Translations under genes and position numbers: made by a program
Shown here: positions 13,104 to 25,929 of the stretch, piece by piece
Layout: each line of letters starts with the position of its first letter
Position numbering within the stretch: position 1 is the stretch's first letter
Assembly (NCBI GenBank): GCA_951406725.2
Contig: OX597827.1
Location: 7,688,001 to 7,752,000 of the forward strand
Direction of reading: 5' to 3'
Source of the DNA: Octopus vulgaris
Taxonomy: Eukaryota
DNA length: 64,000 nucleotides
Notes under the pieces: generated by a model
Told to the model about the DNA's origin: nothing
Databases searched by the model: none
Seen by the model: only the letters and a program-made list of their open reading frames with translations

Positions 13104-14070
13104 CACACACATAGATATACATATATACATGCATATATACACACACATATATATATGTGTACATACACACACAAACACACGCACACATACACACATACAC
13201 ACACATGCACAACACACTAACACACACACACATACACACACTAACACACACACACACACACACACACACATAGTGATCTACCTACTGGTGTATTTATGTA
13301 TTTATCTTGCTTCTCAGTCTCTCTCTCCACCTAATTCTCTCTTTCTTGCTATTATTTCTTTCTATATGTTTCTATATTTACCTACTTTCTCTTTCTCTTT
13401 CTCCGTCCACCTGTATGTCCCATTCTCGGTTCTTCCCCCACCCCGCCTTCCTCTGCCTTACCTTTCACCCTTCCACTCTTTCTTTTTCTGTCTTTTTTCT
13501 AAATACATTAATCTCTTTCTCTCTTTCTTTTCCTCACATTCTCTCTCTGACCATCCATTCCCTGTCATGCTGTCTTCATCATACGCTTTCTATTATTCTC
13601 TCTCAGTCTTTACAATACACATACACACTCACACACTTACATATATATACATACACACACACACACACACACATACACACACTTACATATATACATACAC
13701 ACACACACGCTCACACACTTACATATATATACATACACATACACACTCATACACTTACATATATACATACCCACACACACTCACACACTTACATATGTAT
13801 ACATACACACACACTCACACACTTACATATATACATACACACACTCACACACTTACATATATACATACACACACTCACACACTTACATATATACATACAC
13901 ACACGCTCACACACTTACATATATACACACACACATTCACACACTTACATATATACATACACACACACTCACACACTTACATATATACATACACATACAC
14001 ACACACTTACATATATACATACACACACACACATGTCTTGTGATATATACATAAATACATATATATATAA
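12890..14070. repeat. (CA)/(TA) microsatellites, a CT-rich tract and a ~28-nt minisatellite (cacactcacacacttacatatatacata)
   Basis: Direct reading; the unit recurs more than ten times in 13620-14030. Confidence 0.9.
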
Positions 14071-14869
14071 TAAGACATAGTTTATCCATTAATCTTTCCC
14101 TCCATTCATCCATCTCTCTATCTCCATTTCCTTAACACAGTTACATGAATGGATGTCTGGAAAATAATGATCTTATTCTGTCTGTTGTTTGCTTCTCAGT
14201 GCACTAAAAAGATATCATCAGCTATATTTAGCAGGCTATCAGTCATAACAAATATTCTATCAAATATATATATATATATGTGTTTGTGTGTGTGTAAATG
14301 TGTATGTATGTATTTATGTATACCTGCTTGTGTCTGTGCTTGTGTGTGTATGTGCAGGCACACACACACACGCCAGCTCAACATGTGATTAACTAACACT
14401 ACCAGCACAGTACATGATGGATTTAACTAATATAAACACCGATATCCCTGCTGATTTTGGCTCTGTACAAATTTACAAAAATATTTACATTACATGATAA
14501 ATAATTCCCTTGGACAGCAAAAACTTAAGTTAGTAAAAATAAAAATAACAACAGCAAAAACAAAGAAAAACAAGCATTAAGCAAGTCACAAGTTACTATT
14601 TGTTTTGTTTTGTTTGTCGTCTTTTTTTTCTTTTTACTTTCTTTGTGATGAAATATAGAGTTTTTGCTATAACTAATAATCTACAGGCATATTTAGATGA
14701 ATTTTGCACTATTTTACATGAAAATCATTCTTTTATTATCCATTTTATTTCCAGAAAGATAGGTTAGGCAAAAATAAAAGAAAAGTAACAAAAAGTAAAA
14801 TAAAAACAAATGGACACAATAAGAGAGCCAGTATAGTAAATATACATATAGAAATGTGTGTTTGTGACT

Positions 14870-14915
14870 GTGTGTGTGTGTATATATATATATATTTATA
14901 TACACTCCCCATAAA

Positions 14916-14965
<50 letters not shown>

Positions 14966-15019
14966 TACATATATATTTACATATACATATTATATATATA
15001 TATCTATAATTATGTATAT

Positions 15020-15068
<49 letters not shown>

Positions 15069-15465
15069 AACATGCACACACATATGTATAATATATACAC
15101 ATATATATACACATACAGATATGTATACAGACACCCGCACATATTTATCTCTAAACATACATATATATTTATATTTATATATATGTAAACATGTATATAT
15201 ATTTACACATATATGTATATACATACATACATATATATATATATATACATATATATATACATAGATACATACATATATATATATATACATATATATACAT
15301 ACATACATATATATATACATACATATATATATATACATATAAATATATGTGTATATATATATATGTATGTATGTATACATACACATATACACACATTTAT
15401 ATATGAAACTCACATAGACACATGCACATACATACATGCACACACACACACACACACACACACTC
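14870..15465. repeat. Compound (TA)n/(CA)n microsatellite
   Basis: Direct reading. Confidence 0.95.
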
Positions 15466-15506
15466 AGAGTATAGTTAATATATAGACAGAAACAACTGTT
15501 ACTTAC

Positions 15507-15650
15507 CAAATAAAAAAAAGGACTGTTAGATTCTCTGTCTGGTGTGTATCCGTCTCTAGAGTCGAATGGTTACTGCTGATGTTATGTTATGGAAGCAGCT
15601 TGGACAGTATTGTGGTGTGAACATGAAAAAGTGATCTGCCAACCCATTTA
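15507..15650 (-). other. Probable non-coding first exon of the protocadherin at 1-434 (5' boundary uncertain)
   Basis: Consensus donor TTTG|GTAAGT at 15507/15506 ends a unique, non-repetitive island with a CT/GA-rich tract upstream (15915-16070). The acceptor at 434 needs an upstream exon. The link is inferred. Confidence 0.5.
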
Positions 15651-16071
15651 GTATGATGTGTATGTAATAACTACTGTAGCCACCAGTAAACTCTGGTTTT
15701 TAGTACTTAAGAAGATTAAGCTACAAGTTGGATCAGTTAAAATCCTATAAATACATATTTGCTTTTGAAAACTCATGCATTGTCTTACAATTTTCTTCCC
15801 TTTGTTTTATCTGAGTACTTTCAATGTAACATTATTGTCTGTTTGAAATAGGGAACAGGTGGTTGTCATTAATAAACTATTTTATAGATCATTTTTAAAT
15901 GTATATTTCTGTTATTAGTCTCTCTCTTTCTCTCTCTCTCTCTTTCCCATATTTCTCTCACATCAGCTGCTTTCTCTCTCTCTCTCTCCCTCTCTGTTTG
16001 TCTGTATTTCTGTCTGACTGACTATGTTTCTCTCTTTATCATCCTTTCTCTCACTCTCTCTCTCTTTCACT

Positions 16072-16154
<83 letters not shown>

Positions 16155-16243
16155 TTTATGTATGTATGCATGTATGTATGCATGTATGTATGTATGTATG
16201 CATGCATGTATGTATGTATGTATGTATGTATGTATGCATGCAC

Positions 16244-16291
<48 letters not shown>

Positions 16292-16703
16292 GTCAATACT
16301 TATTTAGTCTCTGCTTTTTCTTTATCTTGCTCCTTATCTTTCCTTTCTCTTTTACATCACCATCATTGTCATCATCATCATCGTTATCATCACCATCAAC
16401 AACAGCAACAACAACAACAACAGAGTGGTTGATTGTCAGAATTGATTGGCCATGAGAAAAGAATCTCTTGTAGAATTGTTCTTGGTTCTTAATCTTCTGA
16501 GTTCAAATCCTGCCAAGATCAACTTTACTTTTCATCACCTTGGGTACAGCAAAATAGATTACCAGTTTATTACAATGGCATCAATGATTGTCAACTAATC
16601 TCCTCCGCTTAAAATTGCTGGCCTTGTGCCTAAATTAAAGGCTATCATCATAATCGTTGTTGTCAATGTTGTTGTACTTGTGGTAGAGTTGTTGTTGTTG
16701 TTG

Positions 16704-16741
<38 letters not shown>

Positions 16742-17788
16742 CAAAGTCATATTAAAATTTCTGGAATGTTAAAATTTAATTTTAATTTAATCAGTGTTCT
16801 CTCGAAAATTCTTAACTGTTACTTTCTTACATATTTATGACTGAAAATATTTCATTATTAACATTATTGAAAAATAATGTTAAGACTTATTATTGAACAA
16901 CCAAATGCAGAATTTTCAAATGACTTTCTTCTTGTGAATTACACAATATTTTTTTTTTTAGAAAAATTATTATGTTGAGAACGATATATTTTATTTGAAA
17001 GTATTTCTTCAGAATTCAAAGAAAGAGGGTATGTTTTGAATTACTTTTCCAAATATTTTTCCTCTGCTCTTGCAATACACTGAATTTAAAGTAAAAGATT
17101 GGTTAACTTAAAGTAATCTTTCATGTAAACATGAGATGTATTTTGAATACGTTGCTGCTTTTTGTTTGTAATCAGGAAGTATTTAAAATATTCAAAAGAG
17201 AACATGGAATAAAATCTATTTATTTGATGAATATATTTTAAAATCTGAATAGTATATATTGATTTCAGATTATATAGACTATAAGTCTGATTTTGTGCAT
17301 TTTAAATGTCTATAGAGTCTTTCTCAAGCAACTTTCTATATCATTTGAATTTTAGCTTATCAATGAATTGCATATGGCAAATAGTTTAGTCTTAATTTGA
17401 CTTTTTAAATATATTTTAATTAGCCGAATTCCTTCTGTTTTTTTGTTTTTTTTAGCATTACTCATTGCTAAATTGTTTTCACTGGATCCTCAAAAACATT
17501 AATGCATTTGTTAAAAAAAACTTTTATCTGGATCATTTTCTAAAATTATTATTATTCTAAAATTTTAGAAATTATTATCATTGTGAATAGCATTCACATG
17601 GATTGAATTTGATAGATCACTTCTAAAGCAGCTTCAAAGAGATGGTGTCCTGAAATTATTCCAAAATTTGAATTTAACCCTTACCATAGATGAAATTTTT
17701 GCCGGTGATGTGATATGCTAATCATATGCAAATCAGTTCCTGCAACCTCTTTGTATTGGCCAGTAAAAATAAAATGTGTGTACTACAT

Positions 17789-18199
17789 AGGCGCAGGAGT
17801 GGCTGTGTGGTAAGTAGCTTGCTAACCAGCCACATGGTTCCAGGTTCAGTCCCACTGCGTGGCATCTTGGGCAAGTGTCTTCTGCTATAGCCCCGGGCCG
17901 ACCAATGCCTTGTGAGTGGATTTGGTAGACGGAAACTGAAAGAAGCCTGTCGTATATATGTATATATATACAAGTGTGTGTGTATGTGTTTGTGTGTCTG
18001 TGTTTGTCCCCCTAGCATTGCTTGACAACCGATGCTGGTGTGTTTACGTCCCCGTCACTTTGCGGTTCGGCAAAAGAGACCGATAGAATAAGTACTGGGC
18101 TTACAAAAGAATAAGTCCCGGGGTCGATTTGCTCGACTAAAGGCGGTGCTCCAGCATGGCCGCAGTCAAATGACTGAAACAAGTAAAAGAAAGAATAAA
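17789..18199 (+). mobile_element. SINE family A, full length (young subtype)
   Basis: Nearly identical to 49383-49803. Confidence 0.93.
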
Positions 18200-19194
18200 A
18201 ACAACATATGAAATGTGGAGAACTCAGGAAAGTGCCCCACGATCAAAACAAATGAACAGACATCCCTGAGTCTCAAGTGCACATGCACAGAACCAAGTAT
18301 ATCTGATTCCCATGCAGTAAATATTAATATATAGTTGGTTATTTCACAGAGATATTAGGATTAAGAGCAGTTATTTAAAGCTGAAAAAATTATAATTTCA
18401 CTGCAATAAATAAATAATTAAATAATAATGCCCAATTACTTACTTCGAAATGCTTAAATGATAAGTAGTTTTAAAAAAGATGTGATTGCTATAAAGTAAG
18501 ACTCTATATAAAATTTTCTTAATGTATAAATTGAATATGTAATTTAGCCATAACTGAACATTTGCAGAATTCTTTGATTGTGGTCAATGTTCCATATATT
18601 AACTACAGACAATTCTATTAATGCTCACTTTAGCATAACCAAAGATCCTATATGGTTTTATGCCTTAAATTCTAGATTTCTAAATTAAAATTGCTATGAC
18701 ATCATGCTTATTCCATGATCAAGTCTGTATTTAAGGAAATTGCTTCTTAAATATTCAAGATGATGAATTTTTTTTGTATAAAATATACTATTGCAACTAT
18801 GGTTAAGTATTGAATAAGCATCACTTTTAAATAAGTACTGGGTCAATTTGTTTAACTTAACCCTTCAAGGTGATCCCCAAGGATGACCACAGTCCAGTGA
18901 CTGAAACAAACGATTAAAAACAAGTTTAAATGACCTCCAATTTTAAGTCCTGTCAAGTCGATGGTTTTAGTCCCCCTTTTTTTATGGTAGAGGAAAGTGG
19001 ACCTTTAAAATCTAACAAGTCAAGTCTATGATTTGCCTTTGATCTTCATTTGAAATGACTGCAATTCTCTTTGAACTTGTGATGGTTTGAATAGAAATTT
19101 CTTTGATGTTTGTACTTTTCTTCGTTTTTGTCCTGTTCAAGTCATAATTTTCATTCTGTGTTTAAGACAAGACATCCTATGAATATATATATAC

Positions 19195-19233
<39 letters not shown>

Positions 19234-19242
<9 letters not shown>

Positions 19243-19644
19243 TAAAAAGAATTCCAACCTTGTCTGATTTTCACGTTTTATTTACAATCTTATAATGATA
19301 TATTATAAGATAATATATTATAATTGAATAAAATAAAATGAAATAGTAGAATGTTAAATGTTCATTCTGATTGAACTAGTACTTTCATGCATTGAAATCT
19401 GCAATCTTCGGGTTCATGTAGTAGTGTTGACAGTCATGCTTCACAATTTTTGACTGGCTCAGGAACCGGACCTAATCCTCGGGACCGTATTCTTCCACCG
19501 CGAGGAGAGTGGATAACTGTGGCAATTCTAGAGCTAATACTTTATTTTATTCAATTATAATATATTATCTTATAATATATCATTATAAGATTGTAAATAA
19601 AATGTGAAAATCAGACAAGGTTGGAATTCTTTTTATTAATATAT
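19234..19644. mobile_element. Fold-back element with ~104-bp inverted arms around a hammerhead-containing spacer; probable PLE relic
   Basis: 19234-19337 is the reverse complement of 19541-19644 with about one mismatch; it begins at a (TA)n tract. Confidence 0.8.
19372..19416 (-). ncRNA. Minimal type-I hammerhead ribozyme motif (U4C core variant)
   Basis: UGAAC CCGAAGA UUGCA GAUUUCAA UGCAU GAAA GUAC UA GUUCA: 5-bp stem I, 4-bp stem II, palindromic AGUACU stem III. Confidence 0.75.
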
Positions 19645-19668
19645 TCTTCTATACACAATCACACACAC

Positions 19669-19700
<32 letters not shown>

Positions 19701-19704
<4 letters not shown>

Positions 19705-19875
19705 GTAAAATAATATGTGACAATTATTCGGTAGCCAAAATAAAACTCTGAGTTTCGGATGCCAAGGTGTTTTATCTTGGCTACCGAATAATTGTAACAT
19801 ATTATTTTACAGATAAATTTCCTCTATTTGCATAATATTGAGGTCTCTTTCTTTTTTGTTATCTTACCATTTTTA

Positions 19876-19878
<3 letters not shown>
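19701..19878. mobile_element. PLE-like relic: 46-bp inverted arms with half a hammerhead in the loop
   Basis: 19701-19746 pairs with 19769-19814. The loop contains minus-strand CGAAACTCAGAGT, as in 31071-31108. The tail matches 57797-57851 in reverse complement. Flanked by (TA)n. Confidence 0.7.
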
Positions 19879-19916
<38 letters not shown>

Positions 19917-19952
19917 CAGAATAAAGACAAATCCAAATGTTAATTTTTTGAA

Positions 19953-19990
<38 letters not shown>

Positions 19991-20564
19991 TTCAAGTGAG
20001 TAAACAAATGAAAGAAAGTTATTATTTAAAACAGTTTGATACCCTCTTGCAACTTAAAGGTACTGGCATCAAGCCTATGGAACTTTAAGTTTGCACAGGG
20101 CCATATTGAACTGTTCTAAATGCTCATAAAACATGTGTTAAATGCATTTAAACTATTAGTTACAAATTTTGGCACAATGCCAGCAATTTTGAGGGAGTGG
20201 TCTAATCAATTACATCGACCCCCAGTGCCCAACTGGTTATTATATAAACTCCCAAAGAATTTAAAGACTAAGTTGACATTCACATAATTTGAACTCAGAA
20301 ATTAATGATGGACGAAATGCTGCTAAGCATATTGCCTGGTACGCTAATGGTTATGCCAGTTTGCTGCCTCTTTTAAAAATTGGCCAGCAAGCTACTACAG
20401 AAGGGGGAACCCTATATCTCTCCATTTCTGGCTGTGTGCTCTGTATCATGAAGCTAAACAACTCCTGACAAATGCAGTTAAAATATCAAGATTTGTTTTG
20501 TCTTTATCCTGTGTTATACAACTCACTTCTTTAACAATATAATCTGTCCTTGCTTTGCTAATAT

Positions 20565-20800
20565 TTATTTCTTTATTTCCCACAGGGGGCTAAACATAGA
20601 GGGGATAAACAAGGACAGACAAAGGGATTAAGTCGATTACATCGACGCCAGTGCGTAACTGGTACTTATTTTAATTGACCCTGAAAGGATGAAAGGCAAA
20701 GTCAACCTTGGCAGAATTTGAACTCAGAGCATAATGGAAAGATGAAATACTGCTAATCGTTTCGCCCGGCGTGCTAACAATTCTGCTAGCTCACTGCCTT
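20565..20800 (-). mobile_element. SINE family C
   Basis: Reverse complement of 56537-56768. Diverged copies lie near 4800-5460, 16420-16640, 20170-20370, 32900-33100 and 48820-48915. Confidence 0.85.
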
Positions 20801-20959
20801 GCTTTGCTAATATTGTTAGTACAACTAGGATATATGAATGGAATGTTCAACAGGCTCAGAGTCACAAGTTCTGGTAAAGTGTATTACATCAAAGCATATC
20901 CTTCAATAGATATATGTATATTATTTACAATTGTAGTTAGTATTGTTATTATCTAAAAC

Positions 20960-21612
20960 AATTTAATTTGGGCCCATGCAACTTGTAGTTTCAACTGTGG
21001 TTCCAGAAATTCTGAGCTGGAAACTACAGCCTAGAAGACAAGCCTCATCCTAGAAGATCTGTAGAGCTTGACAAGGACGTCCAGCCAACCCTAGTGGAAG
21101 AAAATCCCATCGTAACTGTTGAGAAACTAGCAGAAAATCTTGGATTTGGTCATTCAACCTTTCATCGACACCTACACTAGAAGAAAAACAACCATCTTTG
21201 GTTTCAAGATGAAAGGTGTTCTTCCATCAGGATAATGCTCAGCCACATACAGCGAGGATGACATTCCAAAGGCTGGAGAAGTTTGAATGGGAAACGATAC
21301 CCCACACACCATATTCATCAGACATTGCTGCACTTGATTATCATTTATTTTGCAGTCTTCAAAATGTTTTGGGCAGGAAAAATATGAATTCTGCAGATGA
21401 GGTCAGAACAGTACTGGAGGAATATTTTCTGTCACGGACAAGTGAATTTTTGAAGAAGGGGCCTTGCAAATCTATAAGATAGCTGAAAGAGCAGTGTAGA
21501 AAATGAAGAAGAGTATATTTTAGATTTTAAAAAAACCAACAACTTTGTTTATCTTAATTTTGAAAAATAAAAGAAATATGAAGAACTGCATTATTTATGG
21601 GATGACACAATA
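20960..21612 (+). mobile_element. Decayed, internally deleted mariner transposon (DD34D-type)
   Basis: FFHQDNAQPH...IPHTPYSSDIAALDYHLF matches mariner HDNARPH / HPPYSPDLAPSDYHLF. Upstream HTH remnant LEDKPHPRR...EENPIVTVEKLAENLG. TIR-like end ttatttatgggatgacacaata. Confidence 0.9.
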
Positions 21613-21624
21613 TATATATCTATA

Positions 21625-22027
21625 TGTTAGTTAGTTAGTTTGTTAATTTTTTGGCTCAAACAGCAAAAAGCAAGGCCATGAAGGGGGACATGGAGTTATG
21701 TACAGGGTGGATGTTCATGCAAAGAGTTCAGGTCACTTGTGGTCAAGGGAGACTTTGAACCGAGCGGTCGTCGGCATCTTCACTATCTCGTCCGGCAGCT
21801 TATTCCACGGATCCGCAACCCGGACGGAGAAAGCCCCTATCCTTCGATTGAGATGAAATTGTCACAGATAGAGCTTTTTGGAGTGACCCCGCAGCGGACG
21901 CTCTGGAGCAGGAGTGAAGAACAGCTCTTTCGAGAGGTTACACTTTCCACTTATGATGTTGTGAGCAAGAATGAGATCACCACGGCGTCGTCGTTTTTCT
22001 AGAGAATAAAGGTCGAGCGTCTTCAGA
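21625..22027 (-). mobile_element. CR1-type LINE 3' end with (TAAC)n tail
   Basis: LKTLDLYSLEKRRRRGDLI...LRGHSKKL...FSVRVADPWNKLP...FKVSLD is the typical CR1 ORF2 C-terminus; it contains stops. Confidence 0.88.
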
Positions 22028-22235
22028 TATGTGTGTATCTTTGTGTTCATGTTTGTCCCCCACCACCACTTGATAACTGGCGTTGGTGTGTTTGTATCAC
22101 CATTACTTGGTAGTTCATCAAAAGAACCCAATAGAATAATTACCAGGCTTAACAAAAAGTAAATACTGGGATCAATTCATTTGACTAAAAATTTAAGCTG
22201 GTGCATGTCTTACTTGTTAGTTGTTAGGGTGTTGT

Positions 22236-22622
22236 GGAGGCGCAATGGCCCAGTGGTTAGGGCAGTGGACTCGCGGTCACAGGATCACGGTTTCGATTCC
22301 CAGACCGGGCGTTGTGAGTGTTTATTGAGTGAAAACACCTAAAAGCTCCATGAGGCTCCGGCAAGGGATGGTGGTGATCCCTGCTGTACTCTTTCACCAC
22401 AACTTTCTCTCACTCTTACTTCCTGTTTCTGTTGTACCTGTATTTCAAAGGGCCGGCCTTGTCACTCTCTGTGTCATGCTGAATATCCCCGAAAACTATG
22501 TTAAGGATGCATGTGTCTGTAGAGTGCTCAGCCACTTACACGTTAATTTCACGAGCAGGCTGTTCCGTTGATTCGGATCAACCAGAACCCTCATCGTCGT
22601 AACCGACGGAGTGCTTCCACAC
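22236..22622 (+). mobile_element. tRNA-derived SINE family B1 (likely octopus OR-type) with 11-bp TSD
   Basis: Head ggaggcgcaatggcccagtggttagggcagtggactcgcgg...gtttcgattccc. TSD tagggtgttgt at 22225-22235 and 22623-22633. Confidence 0.92.
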
Positions 22623-24859
22623 TAGGGTGTTGTACTCATGGGTGTAAGATTGGTATTTCATTTACCGGATGATGTAGCGCATTGTGTTCTTGAGCAAAAC
22701 ACTTCATTTTCCATTACTCAAGTTAACTCAAACAGGCAAATACAAGTGATCCTTTTATGGAGCAGCATCCCATCCAAGGGAAGAATATATATATATGCCA
22801 CAGAATCTGGGAAACTGGCATTATGAGTCTATGGTTCAGGAAAGACCTTTGATCTTTTTGATATAACAGTTAACAAAATATTTTAGAAGAAGATAAAAGT
22901 TCAATAAATTCAGTTAATGAGTAGCAAACTTTCAGAAACTAATATCTCCTAATTAACCAAAATTAGAAAAGAAATGAACAAATATCATGTTTCTGAAACA
23001 ATCTAAACTCTAACGAAGCAGGGTTTGATTTTCTATATAAATTCATTGATTAAATAGTAAAATCTAAAAGTATTCAAATCTTCATGAACAAAATGTTCTT
23101 CACCAAGAATACAGTAACCTTCATTTCAAAACAGGAATTTGTGTGGGAGAGAAACATACTTCTCATTGGTTTAGGGAAAAGTAATGCTCCATATTAAACA
23201 CTATGTGAAAATGGGTATTAAATTCAATCAAAATCTAATTTGATCGTTTTTGCTATCATTAATGTTCCTAGTTTGGAATAGTTTTACAGCAATTTGCTTA
23301 CAGGGAATTTCCCTGAAGGTATATATTTTCACAGAGGTGTAATTTGTCTTTTCGACATTCATCATGTTATATTTAAACTTCCTTTTTACGCCTACCTGTC
23401 AAGATGTTGGTGAGCTACATATGTTTTTGTGCTATCTAATAGGAAATGTTACCCATGACTTTTCTTCTTTATTGAAACTATTGTAAGATAAGAACATGTC
23501 TTACTGCAAACATTGTCTCATTTTTATTTTTTGACAGCTTCTTGATGAAGTATTCATTTTATCACAGCATACAATCATACACTAGATTCTAAATTTGGAA
23601 CTCTCTTTACATGCTGAAATACAGCTTTAGCTAACAGATGACATTCTTGAAAATTCTGTGAACAAATTCTTTCAGAGTTATTCCAAAAATATGTTTTTAA
23701 TTAAGCTATATTGAATCAGCAACAATAAAAAGTAAAAAAAAAAAAAAGCAAGAAAGAAACAATATACAAAACATTTAAAAGAAAACAGAAAGGAAAATTA
23801 AAGAATTGATAAAACAACAACTCAGAAATATATAGCTAAACGGGAAATATTTCTTTTAACATCAATATATTTAACACAAATGAAAATTTACATTGTTCAT
23901 GGTCGGCAATAAAAAAATTTGGTAGGAACATGCTCAAGTTCAAACACAAATAAACAATGGCTGACAACATCAGGCATTGGAAGTAAAAAATATATAATAT
24001 TTCAAAATGAAATGAAGAGAGATGTATTACTGATAATGTATCAAAATAAATCACGAAATAAAGGAATTTTTTCATAAAATGGTTAGGATTTAGATGTTTA
24101 TTTTGAGAAATAAAGGATGAAATCAGTGTCGTAAAAAAGTGACAAAGAGAATTGTCACTATAAATTATTAAAAAAAAAAAAAAAGAAAACTGAAGCATAA
24201 TAAATATGAATCTTGTTGTTAAGGTAAAAACTTAGAAATATTTTCCAATGACTTTGTTTTGTTTTTTGTTTTTTGTTGCAGCAAGTTGCGATAAATTCCT
24301 CTATCACAACCATGCATTACTTCATACACAAGTCGTAAGTTTGTCAAAGTAGCTTGAATTGTTCATCCAATGAGTCGCAGACACAGAGATCTAGATCTTA
24401 AATGATCAGAATATTATTTGCATAATGGTTCCTTTTTGAAATGAACATGATATAGTTCTTTGGATTTTAAAAATTCTTTTTACATTATTTCTTTTTAAAC
24501 ACCCCACCCACCCCAATACACAAACCACCACCACCACCACCAAATACATTTTATGTTCTTTTTCTTTTTTTTTCCCCTTCCTTTCTGTTTGCTATATTTA
24601 GCAAAGCCATTTTAGAAACAGAAATTTCACATTTATGTTTAATTCATGGGACATTATAAGTTGTGTTATGATATTTCCAAACTACTTTATCATGTAATCT
24701 GTGAGAAATTCAACAACTCAGTAGTTTATGTATGAATGTATAATTTTGTAAATACATACTTGCCATCAAGTGGTATTTAATATTTCATAAAACATCTGCT
24801 GTCACTGAAGTTTTTGCCTAATTTCCATGCCTCTGCGTAAAATGTAACTTCGCCATACT

Positions 24860-25131
24860 CTATGCATACGATAATTTGGCTACTGATGGAAATGGCTTGG
24901 CATATGATGTGAAACTGTTTTTTTCTGGTAAATTCCAACATTCTGAAGATGTATTCTGATTGTCGCTGTTTACAGAATTCTTTTTTAAATTATTAGTTTC
25001 ATTTTTGTGGTCAACTTTTGTTTGATAAAAACATCTGGAAGAGGGTTTGATATCTACAGGTTTAGTTAGTACTTGTACTGGCCTGTTTTTGTCTGTGTTC
25101 TGAAGTTGTTTATATTTGCTAGAGTGGACAT
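24860..25131 (-). CDS. Terminal coding exon of the cytoplasmic tail of a second gene, probably a protocadherin
   Basis: Strong acceptor ttttcttttcctctttacag|AT. Phase 1 matches the donor at 28870, giving ...YEELP-D-VHSSKYKQ...PFPSVAKLSYA*, open for 90 codons in very AT-rich DNA. Confidence 0.8.
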
Positions 25132-25262
25132 CTGTAAAGAGGAAAAGAAAACATATAAAATAAGAAAATAACATTTACATCCATTAAACTAAGGTCATTT
25201 TTAAGATTGTAGTTTTTTGGACCATTAATCATACATTTAGAAATTTACAATATTTAGACCTA

Positions 25263-25855
25263 TAGGCGCAGGAGTGGCTGTGTGGTAATAGGCGCAGGAG
25301 TGGCTGTGTGGTAATAGGCGCAGGAGTGGCTGTGTGGTAATAGGCGCAGGAGTGGCTGTGTGGTAATAGGAGCAGGAGTGGCTGTGTGGTAATAGGCGCA
25401 GGAGTGGCTGTGTGGTAATAGGCGCAGGAGTGGCTGTGTGGTAATAGGCGCAGGAGTGGCTGTGTGGTAAGTAGCTTGCTAACCAACCACATGGTTCCGG
25501 GTTCAGTCCTACTGCGTGGCATCTTGGGCAAGTGTCTTCTGCTATAGCCCCGGGCCGACCAATGCCTTGTGAGTGGATTTGGTAGACGGAAACTGAAAGA
25601 AGCCTGTCGTATATATATATATGTATGTGTGTGTGTGTGTGTGTGTGTGTTTATGTGTCTGTGTTTGTCTCCCTAGCATTGCTTGACAACCGATGCTGGT
25701 GTGTTTACGTCCCTGTCACTTAGCGGTTCGGCAAAAGAGAGACCGATAGAATAAGTACTGGGCTTACTAAGAATAAGCCCCAGGGTCGATTTGCTCGACT
25801 AAAGGTGGTGCTCCAGCATGGCTGCAGTCAAATGACTGAAACAAATAAAAAAATA
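25263..25855 (+). mobile_element. SINE family A whose 26-nt head is tandemly repeated 8 times
   Basis: (taggcgcaggagtggctgtgtggtaa)x8 at 25263-25470, then a normal SINE body and tail. Confidence 0.95.
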
Positions 25856-25929
25856 TATATATACTCATAGATATACACTCCATTCATAGACTCCTTCTAC
25901 TGTTCACAGCCTCCATACCTACATGTATG

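Noticed and set aside
22236-22310. tRNA gene-like sequence (also at 41360-41436, 52150-52226 and 59830-59902)
   Set aside because: These are SINE heads continuous with SINE bodies, two with TSDs; no proper acceptor stem.
25263-25470. CRISPR-like array of 26-nt repeats
   Set aside because: No spacers, the unit is the SINE head, the context is eukaryotic and there are no cas genes.
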